DNA of 63,000 nucleotides, filler included, from Choristocarpus tenellus KU-1152 (lineage: Eukaryota > Protista > Phaeophyceae): the NCBI GenBank assembly GCA_964200185.2. It is 9 parts of 9 records of this genome, joined end to end, with 100 filler letters (N's around TTAATTAATTAA, not from the genome) between each part and the next. Parts side by side here need not be neighbours in the genome. Positions count along the whole stretch, not along the records: positions 51,421 to 57,772 come from CAXNAD020008326.1; positions 57,873 to 60,385 come from CAXNAD020027179.1; positions 60,486 to 63,000 come from CAXNAD020027164.1; 6 more parts are not named here. One strand, given 5' to 3'. Positions 51,421-63,000 of the stretch are shown here, piece by piece (positions within the stretch are counted from its first letter, which is position 1; each line of letters starts with the position of its first letter). The notes beneath the pieces are model-generated. The model had not been told where the DNA came from. It searched no databases and saw only the letters and a list, made by a program, of their open reading frames with translations. The position numbers and the translations under genes were made by a program.

Positions 51421-52601
51421 CTCCCCTCAATGCAGTTCCTTCTCCCTGATTGCATTATTATCCCCAACCTCTATGACACATGATCTGTCCTATGTCCTTA
51501 ACCACCTTTCAGAATAGAAAATACTTGGCATTATAAAATAGAACATCAAGAAAGTATTGATACGTCTTCATGTTTTTTTTCATGGGTATGCCTAAGAGGG
51601 GTCATACACACAACCAGAGATTGTTCTTGGTTGACCCTTTGGAAGTCTCAGTTTTTACGTGTGGTTTGTTTTGGTGTAGGTGTAGGTGTAGGTGTAGGTG
51701 TTCAAATTTAGATCTCTTTAGTTTTTCCTTTTTTGATTTCCAGCTTGCTGCTGATTAATATTGATGATTTACTATGGTTCTACATCCCATAGTGTGTTAG
51801 CAATATGGGCTACGCTGGTGTGAAATAGGAGAGAGAGTGAGGTTATTTTTTCAAGATTGCTTTTGGTCAGTTCCATGCTTGATTTTGAAACAACCTTTTG
51901 TGAAGTAAGGATTGGATACATCTACACAAAACATTTTTTTATTCAGAAATTCGCTAGAGGGAGGATACTTTTTTCTTTGATGATCCAAAACATAACACAT
52001 TACATCACGCATTAAGTAACACATTGTTTGCTGACAACTCCTGGGTGGGGGTGTATACCTTTTTTTTAATTGTAGAATCAGGGTATGGTGAGATGGTCTG
52101 ACATGCTTGTGGCATTGCATAGTGCAGGAGAAAAGAAGAGGCAGACTGTATTTCACAGATATAGTTTGGTGTTGCTTGACATTTTTAGATGCAGATTTTT
52201 CGCTTCTGAGTTCACAGACAGGTAGAGCACAAGTCACCACAAGGTTCTGATATAGAAATTTGCGTGTGTATATATGTAGGGTCTGGTGTATGGGGAAGGA
52301 TCACAGTGGAACCAGAGTCCTTTGTGGATATAAATCGCCTCCCTCCAAAGATTGTTTCAAGAGTGAAGAGTGAAGTGTTTGAGTGCTGCTGTGTGGCAAA
52401 CTGAAGATACACAATTCCACATAGTTGGGTAGTGTTCAAGTGCAACAGGTCTGATGTGTGTAATATACTGTGTGTAATATACTGTGGAACTTTCGTTATG
52501 AAGATCTTCTTCCCCCCCCGCCCCCCCATTACAAGAATGAATTAAATGTGTGTGTTGATCTTGTTGGTTCCCCTTGCAATGTGCCCTTTTCTTGACTGCA
52601 G

Positions 52602-54303
52602 CTGTGGGTACTAACCGTCACAGTGGGGCAGTAGTGAGATCGAAGCTGCACCTCATTGACCTGGCAGGCTCAGAGCGTATCTCAAAGACTGATGCCACTG
52701 GCGAGAGGCTCAGGTGAGGATGAAGTACTGACTCATTATTGTACCGATTGTGAGGTGATGGAAACCGTAAGGCATGTATTGTCACTGCCTTCCTCTTTTG
52801 TTTTGCTTCCCAGAGTGCTGGCTTAGGGTTAGGGGTTTGTGGAGATATTGCTCCGTAGATTGTTACTAAAAGGGAGTTTAAAAGGTGTTTTAGAAGTGTT
52901 TGCTGCAATAGATACAATCACCCCTTGCATTTTTGTACATTTTTATCAGAACAAGAGGCACTGCTGTCATTGTGTATGAAATTTACACCCCATATTTGAA
53001 TTGTTTTCAAAATGGCATTGACTTCTACCCTGCTATGTCCCTCCTCACCTAATCCTGGGTTGACCTTGCTTTTGTTTCCATGTATGTGGGTGTGTTTTGA
53101 TCTTACTCAGAGAGGCTCAGAACATCAACCGCAGCCTTAGTGCTTTGGGTGATGTCATTGCTGCACTTGCCCAGTCAAAGAGCCATATCCCCTTCCGGAA
53201 CTCCAAGCTCACCTTTGTTCTGCAGGTATTGTACACTAAGAAAAATGTTTCTATTCTTTTTGCAGTTTAGTTTTTTGTGATACGAAAATCGGTTTATAGT
53301 GTTTCCCAAGTGTGTTGGTTCATGGGTGGCAGTTGTAGTGCAGAGTTGATTCTCAGTCAGGTTATAGCAATGGCAGCAGGGATCATGTGTGTTATATAGC
53401 ACCCCTGCTTCTTATCACAACCCCGAAAGGAAAACACTCTGTGTCCACTGTGTAACTCACCTGGCAATGAACTCACCTCTTGTTTCCTCCCTACCCCCCA
53501 CCCCCCCCATCTTGCCACTGGCGTTGGAATGGTATAGGATGCGCTGAGTGGCAATTCAAAGGTGATGATGTTTGTCAATGTCAGCCCTGCCTCGTACAAC
53601 ACAACGGAAACCCTTTGCTCTCTCAACTTTGCTGCACGCTGTCGTTCGATAAAGCTTGGTGGGGTTCAGAAGAACCAAGATGGAGCTGAGACTGCACGGT
53701 GAGTGGAGTGTTTTAGAAGTATAGTAGATTGGTTGGGATCGATTTCCCTGATGCATAAACATCAGTTGATGACATGATTATAATACAGTATGGCCATGTT
53801 CTCTTTGTGGAACGATTTGTGATTCAATGTGGTTGTTGGGTATCTGATTAGATGATTAATTGTGCTGGTGACTTTGTTTGAGATGCAAGTTATTTAGTTT
53901 CAATTTGTTAATGCTTCTGTCTGTTTGCTCTTAGCTTTTTTGGTTGGGAGAGCTCAGTTAAGCCTTCCACCTTGGGTGCCTAAACCTAACCCTGATTTTT
54001 TTTGTTTTTTTCTGCCTGAAACAAAATGCATTTCTTATTTTCCTCTCGTGGAACCCTTTTGTTTACGTTACATTGACCAGGTTCCGCCGCATAATTGAAT
54101 CTCTAGAGATACAACTCGCTCAGAACAACATCACTCCTGCTGCTACTCTCAGCAGCAGCTCTTCTCCAACTGCTTCCATCTCTTCCACTTCCTCTATCAC
54201 AAGCCGATCATCTATGGCTACTGCCATCAGTCCCTCCAAGCCAACCACCAGCCGCAGTGGGACAGATAGACGCAAGTCCTTGGGCAGTACAAAGGGGGTT
54301 TGA
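52602..54303 (+). CDS. Kinesin motor protein, 3' part, kinesin-14-like (motor near C-terminus)
   Basis: Exons 52602-52713, 53111-53225, 53538-53698, 54081-54303: [65 protein letters not shown], then a short Ser-rich tail and stop. Confidence 0.93.
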
Positions 54304-56920
54304 ATGTGATTTGTCTACTTTTGAGTGTTTTGCTTGGCATGTGTATGCATGGCGAGTTGGTGCGCCACATTGTGATGTGTATCTTAGCTTCCGTGTGCAT
54401 CATTCGTGGGGTGTTTGTCTCCTGGTTGGTGCCAAGTGGGGGCTGAACACTTAAAGGAAAGGTCCCCTTACCCCTTACCCCTTACCCCTTACCCCATTCC
54501 CAAAGTTGTCTATTGGCTCATTGTTTCCCCAAGGTTGCTCATCAGCTCAGTGTTTCTCCATTGTGGCTTAATGATACCTACTTGGTGCTACCTTGGAGTG
54601 TAGTGCAGTTAGTGTGAAGGCGCTTACTCTGTCTTCTGAACCTACCAACGATCATGTATCGCAGATGTGCCTTATGTCCCTTGTCCCTCATTGTATTAGT
54701 TGTTGGTATGTCCCAATTTTGGGGCAAGGACAGACAATCACTTCTTTATTTGTCTTGATCAGTGTTCAGGCATTAGAGGAGAATGCAAGCGTATGATGAA
54801 GACAGTTGAGTTTGTAGTCCATGCTTACGGCAACTGCACTTACGAGGTGGAAGGTTCTGACTGGTGGATCATCCTGTGGTTCGTTTGCTCACCCTGCTTC
54901 CCAGTCAGTGTTGTGGTAGCTAGTTGTTTGTCTTGTCCCTTCCTATTTTCAGTATTTTTCATATTTAATAAAAATATATGCCCCTCTCACAAATGCAAAT
55001 ATATATATATTCAGTGTTGTGTAGCTTCTGAGGTTGCCCTTGGACATCTATTTCATTGATGGTGTTGTGTCATACTGGGGGATAGAGTGTGACAGTCACA
55101 CTATGACATGCGCCAGTATAGATTCCATCAATTGATTCTTAGAGTCAGGGTGATGTACTTTATGGGTTGTGACGTCTGTGCCATGGTTGTATTTTTTGGG
55201 GTGACTGCCTTACTTCTGTGGTGGAGGCTTGAGGAGGGGTAGATGTGGGGCTTTGTCAGCCTCCGACACCTATGGGGCTCTCTTGTTGTGCCTAGAAATT
55301 TAGGATCCACCCGGCTTGATTTGCCAAATGCATTAAAAACCTCTTGCTAATTTCTAAGTTGTCTAGCCACACGCACACATGTTTGTCCAGTCACAGTTGG
55401 AGATTGAACCGAGCCTCTTACTCTTGTCACAATGTTTTTTTCAAGGGATGGGGTCAGCTCATAGTATAAAGTCAGTAGGTCCTGAAGAATGCATTTTCCT
55501 GTTTTTTTCTTGTGTGTGCTGGTTGTGGGTGTCATTGTGTGTTTTGAGGAGAGGAAGAGATGCCATCAAACACATTGGTCAGCTTCAACCCTCTTCTTCC
55601 ACACTATCTCATTATTTGTGCCTGTGATAACTGAGTGCCGTTTTCAAAGTGATTTTTTTTACTTTTGACCAATAGTAGCATAGTTCAAGTGTGGGAATAC
55701 AAAAAATTTCACCCTCCCCCCCACAAAAAGATACTTTCACTTTGTTTTTCTGGTTATTTTATACATTAATATTAAGTACGTAGCAATTAACACAGGATCT
55801 TTGAACTATAGGCTCAACTAATTTTACCAACAGACTGAAACTTTAGAAGTTTAAAATTTGAACGGCATTTGATTTTCATCTGAGATGAAATGAAATCACC
55901 GCTTTCTTCTAGTAGTGTAGTGTGCTATTACAAGCGAGAACACAGATCAGGAGATGCAGTACAAGGGAGGAAATGCACACATTTTTAAATCTAACAGAGT
56001 ATGTATGATATATAGTTTATTAAATATAGTAATTATTTGTGACAGACGAGCTTATTCTCCTTCTTCTCTCCAACACATCAAAATTTCCACAGAGGGGGAT
56101 ACAAGTGAACATACACATGGAACTATGGCAGATTGAGGTGAACTGGACAACTCCTAGCTAGGAATAATTCCTGTGACAATACAAAAAAAACAAATGCTGA
56201 TGTTCAATCTTTCTCACACGAGTAATAAATTCCGTACAAAATAGAACTGGAAGTACCGACAGTCTCAGCCTGGTCTTCATCAAGAAGAGCTCGTTCTGGA
56301 TTATTATGAAATCTCTCATCTCGCACAGAGGGGCGGCCTATCTTTCACATCCCCAGCCTGACTGAGCAGAGGAGTTTCTCATATATATGGATTTGAGGCC
56401 AGCGCTATCCCGGACAACTGGTGATATTAGGAGAATGGTACGTACAACATGACTGCTGTATTGTGTGCAACATCTTGACTCTGTCCTGTTGACCTCACTA
56501 CAAAAAGATGAGTATCATGGATGGAGTGATTACTTCAGCCAGCTGGCAAGCTCCCGCACAGCAATGCTCTTTTTTTACAAATAATCATATGGGGGGCTTC
56601 CAAAAAGGATGCGGGGAAGGAACATATTGATTGGCACAACCTTCCAAACAAAGTCAAGTAAGGGAGCGAGTGAGTTTCAGCAAAAAATGGAAGGAATTTG
56701 ATGTTGGGCAGAAATTTGGTCAGGTGTTGTACTGGCGCAGAACTCATTGTAGATTGCGTTCTAGATGATGTTGACCCACGACAACTGACTGAGGAACCTA
56801 ACACATGTGTTTTATTTATTAAAGCCCAGCAGTCTACATGCTAAGGTTTCATCATGCCTCCTGTTCCCCTTTTGAGCATAATAAGACAATGATTATGCCG
56901 ACCTAGAACAAAAAAAAAAA

Positions 56921-56990
56921 AAAATTGAGGATGGAGCTTTTCATTGAGGATGGGCTTGACCCAAAATTGACTGGGATAAAGTGTCAATAT
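56921..56990 (+). repeat. Partial copy of the 15039-15186 MITE
   Basis: AAAATTGAGGATGGAGCTTTTCATTGAGGATGGGCTTGACCCAAAATTGACTGGGATAAAGTGTC is identical to 15052-15116. Confidence 0.85.
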
Positions 56991-57772
56991 CTTTTTTTAG
57001 CTGTTCTAGGTAGGGTAGGTTTGTAACACCCATCCACATCCTAACTACTACTATATAGTTTGAACAAGTAAACGAAGGGTATTCAGGTTTTGGCCGTTTT
57101 GAATTTCAAGACTGTTTCAATCTTTTGCAATTCACCCATATATCTATGGATGAAAATGTTAAGTTTGTGACTTGAGAGGGTTGATTTCTCTGTTTTGTTT
57201 AATTTTTTTGACAGAATTCAAAAAATGTATTGGACGCATTTGTAAAAAAAAAAATGTATAAATTTGCCAGCATCCTTAAAATGCAACTCTGAATATCTCT
57301 CATTTACTTCGAATCATGACCTCTCCTTCTTAGCTTGTTCAACTGTGTTAAGGTGAATTCCACAAGGAGAGGCAAAAAAGCTCAGCAGGTCTTTTGTTTT
57401 AAGTCTGTTGCAGAAACTTTATTCATCGTTCATGGTGGAAACACCGGGCGTGGCAACCGAACAAAGTTTCTCGCACATCAAACGCCAAAAATGGGTTAAT
57501 TAATGATAGTATCTATCACTCATTATCTGACCCTTTTTCCACATACAGCAAATTGTGGTAGTAGCAACAGAAAAGGGGTTGCAGTTTTTTGTTCAACCAC
57601 CGCAGTTGATGGGGTAGCCAAGGAAAACTGGCAGGAGGAGTGTCGTGCTCAACTGAGCACAAGCTTTTCGCTATAAATTCAATCTCATATCGAAGGGGGT
57701 GCATACAGGCTGGCTATGTAGACTATAACAGGGGGTCCTCAAAATGGAGGATGGCCCGGGACTATGAGGATG

Positions 57773-57872
57773 NNNNNNNNNNNNNNNNNNNNNNNNNNNN
57801 NNNNNNNNNNNNNNNNTTAATTAATTAANNNNNNNNNNNNNNNNNNNNNNNNNNNNNNNNNNNNNNNNNNNN
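57773..57872. other. Artificial contig spacer
   Basis: N44-TTAATTAATTAA-N44. Confidence 0.98.
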
Positions 57873-58554
57873 TGTTTTATAGTGTTCTTAAGTTTAGGAT
57901 ATTTTAATTCCTTAGGGCTAATAACGACATATTATTGTATCAATACATCACAACATTCGACAACATTATCTATATATAACGTACCTGTTCCATAGGTTGG
58001 ATTGGTTGGTAGTGGTCTTCTACTCCTCCAGTCACAGCCTAAATCGTTTCCCTTCTCATATGATAAAACTTTGATCCAAACCACTTCCATACAACTATTA
58101 CGTAAAATGCGAAAGGGCATGGGTGATGGACAGAGAATACTCGAAATAGCACTCATCATCGATATCCACACTGACCATCCTCGTATGGACACTTAGCCTC
58201 CTCGGATTCAACTAGTGGAACTTCTGACCACACTTAACAATATCAACACCTCCACCAACCAAGGTTGGAGGAACGATGACAACTTTGGAAGTTTTCGCTA
58301 GATCAAGAGCAACGATTTTGTGCGATGTGTCAGGAAAAATTAGAAAAAGAGAGGAAACTGCATTCCTCCAGGTGGAGGACAGTACGCTCATCCCTATTAT
58401 GGACGTACCATTCTTCCCCATTAAAGAAGGGATGCGTTGCCCGAGCCACGGTGACAACCGACCTGGACACGTGATAATTCGTCTGCAAAACATTTCTGTC
58501 TCGTAGGTGATGGTTCGCAACGACTCTTGTCCCACCAGCAATACTTATGCAGTC

Positions 58555-58609
<55 letters not shown>
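58555..58609. repeat. (GTA)n microsatellite
   Basis: Directly visible; source of the poly-Tyr ORF. Confidence 0.95.
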
Positions 58610-59293
58610 AGGCAGGCTGGTGGTGAAGTTCGCTGTGCATGACTAGTCAGATGGATTTCACAGGCCCTCGAACCCTTCGCGTTCTTGCCATTTCTGCAAA
58701 GTAATACTACAGTGCCTCGGAACATTAGATTGTCCATTTCCTAGAACTCTGTGACCATATCGCAAGGTTGTTTGACTCATGTGCTTGAGGTTACAGCATC
58801 ACGGCACATGATCGCCATGAAGTAACAACAATATATTGTGAAAGAAAGCTCTTGTTTACTAATGCATACCCCCAATCACAACATTGAAATCAATACGAGT
58901 AATGTTTTGTGTGTGTTACCTTCCCCCACACTCTGACTGGACTTCTCAGGCAGCACATAGCATCCAATCTAAGGATGGGACGCCCAAGGCGAGTTACTCG
59001 GCATCGTCGAAAAACATCAAGGGAGGGCGAGGTAAGAAACGAGTCTGTTGACCAGGTAATGATGAACTGCTCCGGTTTGTACCCAACAAAACGAATGGCG
59101 CAGATCCAATGCCTTATTCACTCGCCAAAGGGAGTAGATAAAATCCTGAAAACAAACTCCTCTTACAGGGAGTTCTTCTGCAGCAAGTGATGTCGCGATA
59201 TAAACACGTGATCCCCTCTTCTGCTCACCTGGAAGGGTTCTCCAATCAATAGCATCGCATGGAAATGTGGGGGACTCAGTCCATTCTCTGCAG

Positions 59294-59554
59294 GTTGTCC
59301 TCCCTGTCCAAGAGTGCCAGGTTGGCCCTGGTGTGAGGGTGGAGGAGGATGAGGAGGGCAACGATTTGTTTGACTATTTGGAGATCCCCGAAGGGGAGGT
59401 GGACGAAGCTGATAGGAGGGTTGTGGCAACAGGCTCTGGTCCTTCTGGGCTTCATGTGGAAATGGCGCTATGGGCACTCGGGTTGGTACTACTTATTGTC
59501 CTTGCCCTTGTGGCGGAAGGGATGGGAAGCACCCACAAGAACAAAGTCCTTAAC
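59294..59554 (+). CDS. Isolated candidate exon: acidic segment then a hydrophobic (possible transmembrane) helix, unknown gene
   Basis: TCTCTGCAG acceptor, 87 open codons, AAC|GTGAGC donor; MALWALGLVLLIVLALVA. No family recognised. Confidence 0.4.
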
Positions 59555-60319
59555 GTGAGCTACACCGCTCAGTCCAATATCAAAGCCATCTACTTGCCTG
59601 CACAAAGCCTCAAGACTCCTTCCCATTTGTGAATCTCAGTTAGCTACTATAGCATGTCAGTAACTAGAACTTTACCAACCCTAAAAATGAGTAAAACCCA
59701 AATCTCATTCCTCCACATATCCTCCCATACCATAGCTTCACCCCCTCTTCAGAGGATCAGTCAACATATTCGCTCATGAGAGTGGCTACAGGTATCAGCC
59801 CTCCATATTTCATCGAAATCAAGAATAATCAATGCATATATTGTTGAGTGGCAGCAAGGCTACAATAAGGTTCTTCATCATAGTAATGGGATATTGAAGA
59901 TTGATGTTTTAGGTCACTGAACTGTGTCACCAGCATAAGAAAAAGTCCAGAGTCATGATGTTCATCAAACATCTTCCTTCTTCCCCCTTCCACGCAGGAT
60001 TCCCCGCCCGTGGTGTACAGTAGGGAGACTGGGAACTTACATGGGGGAGGGGAAGGTCGCATAGTTTCTCCACAGGTGGGGTGGAGACAAGGAAGTCGGG
60101 CAGTTGGTTGTGGGGCGAGGAAAGGTGAACCCAAAGGAGGTGGGTGGAAGATGCTGGGGGGTTCATGTGGTGAAAAGTGTAATTTGACTCATTGCTTTTT
60201 CTGATTTTCTAGTTTGGACCCAAGCAGTTATTGAGCATGTGGACTACTACTCCGGAGTATAATTCAAAGAAGTACTTCAACGTGGAATGTGAACAAGGCA
60301 CTTGCCAACACCATTTGGT

Positions 60320-60385
60320 CAAAGTATCTGGGGGGGGGGGGCCGGCGTCCGTTTTTCACCATTTTTTCGATGTACACTTTTTTTG
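60320..60385 (+). mobile_element. TIR-element end (CAAAGTATCT-G-run family) cut by contig end
   Basis: CAAAGTATCT, G-run, then CCGGCGTCCGTTTTT. Confidence 0.6.
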
Positions 60386-60485
60386 NNNNNNNNNNNNNNN
60401 NNNNNNNNNNNNNNNNNNNNNNNNNNNNNTTAATTAATTAANNNNNNNNNNNNNNNNNNNNNNNNNNNNNNNNNNNNNNNNNNNN
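60386..60485. other. Artificial contig spacer
   Basis: N44-TTAATTAATTAA-N44. Confidence 0.98.
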
Positions 60486-61378
60486 CTGCATTTAAGATTG
60501 ACTCTGGAGGGGGGGGGGGGGGAGGGGGGTGGGGTTGCAGTTTATTTTTGTAGGCATAGTCACTTCAACGCATTCAGGTCTTGAATTGTGACACCTGCCA
60601 TAAAGCAGGCATGCCTGAGTATGGTCGGCTGATCAATAAGGCTAGGTATGTTTGGCTTGGCACAACCTAGCACTAAAACAGACCGCCGTGGCACTGACTG
60701 TTAATGTAGTTGTGGTGCCAAGGAAGTGGTATTGTTTCTTGTCAGTGGAGTGGCTGGGCTATGTTTTGGAGCTCAAATAGGTCTAATGTCGAAGCTGGAC
60801 CTGTCCTGTATGTTCTTGGGCGCAAGTGAGTTGCCTCCCCTCCCCAGCGCCTCCATTTTTCTCCAACTCTGAGCTAACCCTGGCTCTGCAACTCTAGCCT
60901 GAGCAACAAAACTGAACCCTATAATTGCTGCATTTTTGTAGAGAATTGGTTGGTGTCTTGTCTGCTTGTTGAGAGAAGGCCAGATGAGGTCACGATAGTT
61001 GTGATATTTTTGTGATTAGTGAAATGACCTCAGCCGCTGTGAGTCTCTAAATAGCCTACTACCCGCATACAATGAGAGATGGATGAGGCGTTTGTCTATG
61101 CTTAATCAAAGGCAAACATGAACTAGTGAAAATGTAACTAGTGAAAGTGTGTGCCGATTGCACTTTTTTTTTTGTGGAGTACTGTCGCTGGTATTTTTAT
61201 ACATTTTTTTTGGTTATTTTGTTGTCCGAAATACTGGTAGAACAGAACATATTTATAACTGAGCACTTTTATAACAATAATAATAATAATATTATTATTA
61301 TTATTGGGGTAACTGCTCTTCTGTCGACTGTATTATTTTTTATTGTAATTTTTGTAGCAATAGTAGTGGTATTATATT

Positions 61379-61408
61379 GGGTTAGGGTTAGGGTTAGGGT
61401 TAGGGTTA
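61379..61408. repeat. Interstitial telomere-type repeat (GGGTTA)5
   Basis: Longest TTAGGG run in the window, internal to the contig. Confidence 0.9.
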
Positions 61409-62520
61409 CAGGGCTGTTTGAACCCATGAAGAGGCATTAAATAATCGAAGCAGAGCAGTGCATTGCATATTGCAGGAGGCGTTATTGTTGAAAATTATTG
61501 CATCCCGATTTGGTGTTGGCTTCTATGAAAGAAGGGTTCTACATTAATTTTGTTTTCAATAAGAGAGAGGAGGATGGAAGCGGTTCCCCCTCTTCCCTTC
61601 CTATTGTAGACTTGTCGGGTTGCCTTTTGGTCTTTGAAGGTAACTGTGAGGGTGGGGATCCAAAACTGTGAATGAAATTATTGATGCAGAAAAAGCATCA
61701 GAAATCGCAATGAAGGGTAAAAATGCATTGGTTTTGTTACTCACTCAGCTGCGGATGGTAGATTATTTGGTAGACTATTTGGTTCCGTTAACGCTGAAAT
61801 TTTGGCTAGCGAAGTATCCAAGCTTTCAAACTCTGAATACTTTAATTCTTTAACTCAAGATAAGATAATTCTTGATAATCTTTTTTACGGGTTTACTTCA
61901 GTAACTTTTTTTTTTTTTTTTGCTTTTTGTGTGTGTGTTTTTTTAGTTGGTTTGGGGCGGGGACAACTGCGTGGTCTCTCTGCTGACCTGGGTGTAGGCT
62001 GGGGTGCACAGGCAGTCCTGAGGAGGAGGATTTATTCCAGATTGGAATCAGAGTTCTTACACAAGATTTTTTTTTTTGTGGAAGAGGACAGGAATGGTAC
62101 CCAGTCGATATTTCCTACTCTAGCAAGAGGACAACATCGATTGGCTATAAAATGCAAGGAAATTTCCATGGATATGAACCTTCTCAATTGAACGCCACGG
62201 AAGGCTAAAGCCCTATTTATGACTCTATACCTTCCATCCAGATGTAAACCCAACCAAAGCTGTACTGGGAGCTGTGTTGGGAACTGAACAATTCTTTTTT
62301 ACGACTCCCTTTTTTAAACTTGGAAGCTAAGCATCTTATAAGGGGAGGTTAAAAACCCCCTCCCCCCTTCAAGCAGCCAACAAGTTTAGCCACCCGGGTA
62401 TTAGTGACAGAAGGTGCAGAGCCAAGCTCTCGATTTTTTTTTTCACCCCTCCCCATTCCATGCAATCCACGGCTTTTTGATGGTTGTTGCTGTAGGTATT
62501 TGCTTGTGTTTTCTATGCAG

Positions 62521-62657
62521 CCATCCCCCGGAGGAACATTTGGTGCTCTGTGATATTCGCCCTTGCAGCAGTGACAGACTGGCTGGATGGCTTCATCGCT
62601 CGGAGGCAGGGCATTGCGACCCCCTTTGGAGCCTTCCTGGACCCCGTGGCGGACAAG
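62521..62657 (+). CDS. Single exon of a CDP-alcohol phosphatidyltransferase (PgsA / PGP synthase-like)
   Basis: TGCAG acceptor and AAG|GTCTGT donor; IFALAAVTDWLDGFIARRQGIATPFGAFLDPVADK carries the DxxDGxxAR-x8-G-x3-D-x3-D family signature. Not in the ORF track in this frame. Confidence 0.92.
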
Positions 62658-63000
62658 GTCTGTCAGTCGGTGGCAGGGGGGGAGGGGGGGTTGTATATTA
62701 TTATTTGTAGTGGCTTTTTATTATTTTTTTTGTTTTTTGTTTCATGTTTGTGGGTGGAGGGAAATAACTCCTTTTTTGAGTTGAGTGGAGCAACCCCTTT
62801 TCTGTTTTGTATTGTATCCACAAGGATAACGCCTTTTGAACGTAGTGAGGATCGTGTTGGGCACTTGCCCAAAACTAGTAAGGCTTTTGGTATCGTTGAT
62901 GTCGCTGAGTATGTAAGTGTTACAGTAAGAGCCTCTTGTACTTCTGAACCCTTTGAGGACACATCTGGGGGGGAGGGGGGGGGGGGGGTTGTTTTTTTCT

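Noticed and set aside
58330-58737. Poly-tyrosine protein
   Set aside because: Produced by a (TAC)n microsatellite.
5839-60485. TTAATTAATTAA motif recurring inside N-runs
   Set aside because: Identical 44+12+44 layout eight times; an assembly spacer. ORFs running into X residues and gene clusters spanning spacers are artefacts.
61379-61408. Chromosome end
   Set aside because: Only five repeats with ordinary sequence on both sides.

Overview
Eukaryotic, intron-rich nuclear DNA made of nine unrelated contig pieces joined by eight artificial 100-nt spacers (N44-TTAATTAATTAA-N44), so adjacency across spacers has no biological meaning. A signal peptide followed by an ASAFAP-like motif, TTAGGG repeats and the gene structures point to a photosynthetic stramenopile (ochrophyte, probably brown-algal lineage; inference). 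Genes rebuilt by hand from splice sites and frame continuity: a partial PTEN/tensin-type phosphatase + C2 gene; a complete plastid-targeted LrgA-LrgB fusion (PLGG1-like, 9 exons, 525 aa); a complete 9-exon gene for a 340-aa F-box-like + SPRY + ubiquitin-like protein; RPL29 head-to-head with it; the 3' parts of LTN1, SMC2 and a kinesin-14-like motor; and one exon of a PgsA-like CDP-alcohol phosphatidyltransferase. The rest is decayed LINE and Copia sequence, two MITE families (one sits at most contig breaks), a duplicated pseudogene of unknown family, and simple repeats. Most worth following up: the F-box/SPRY/Ubl architecture, telomere-type (CCCTAA/CCCTGA)n runs at intron branch-point positions, duplicated splice donors, and the AAAGTAT-ended TIR family. 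No prokaryote-type system (CRISPR, operon, prophage) is supported. All calls come from reading the sequence; no database search was run.
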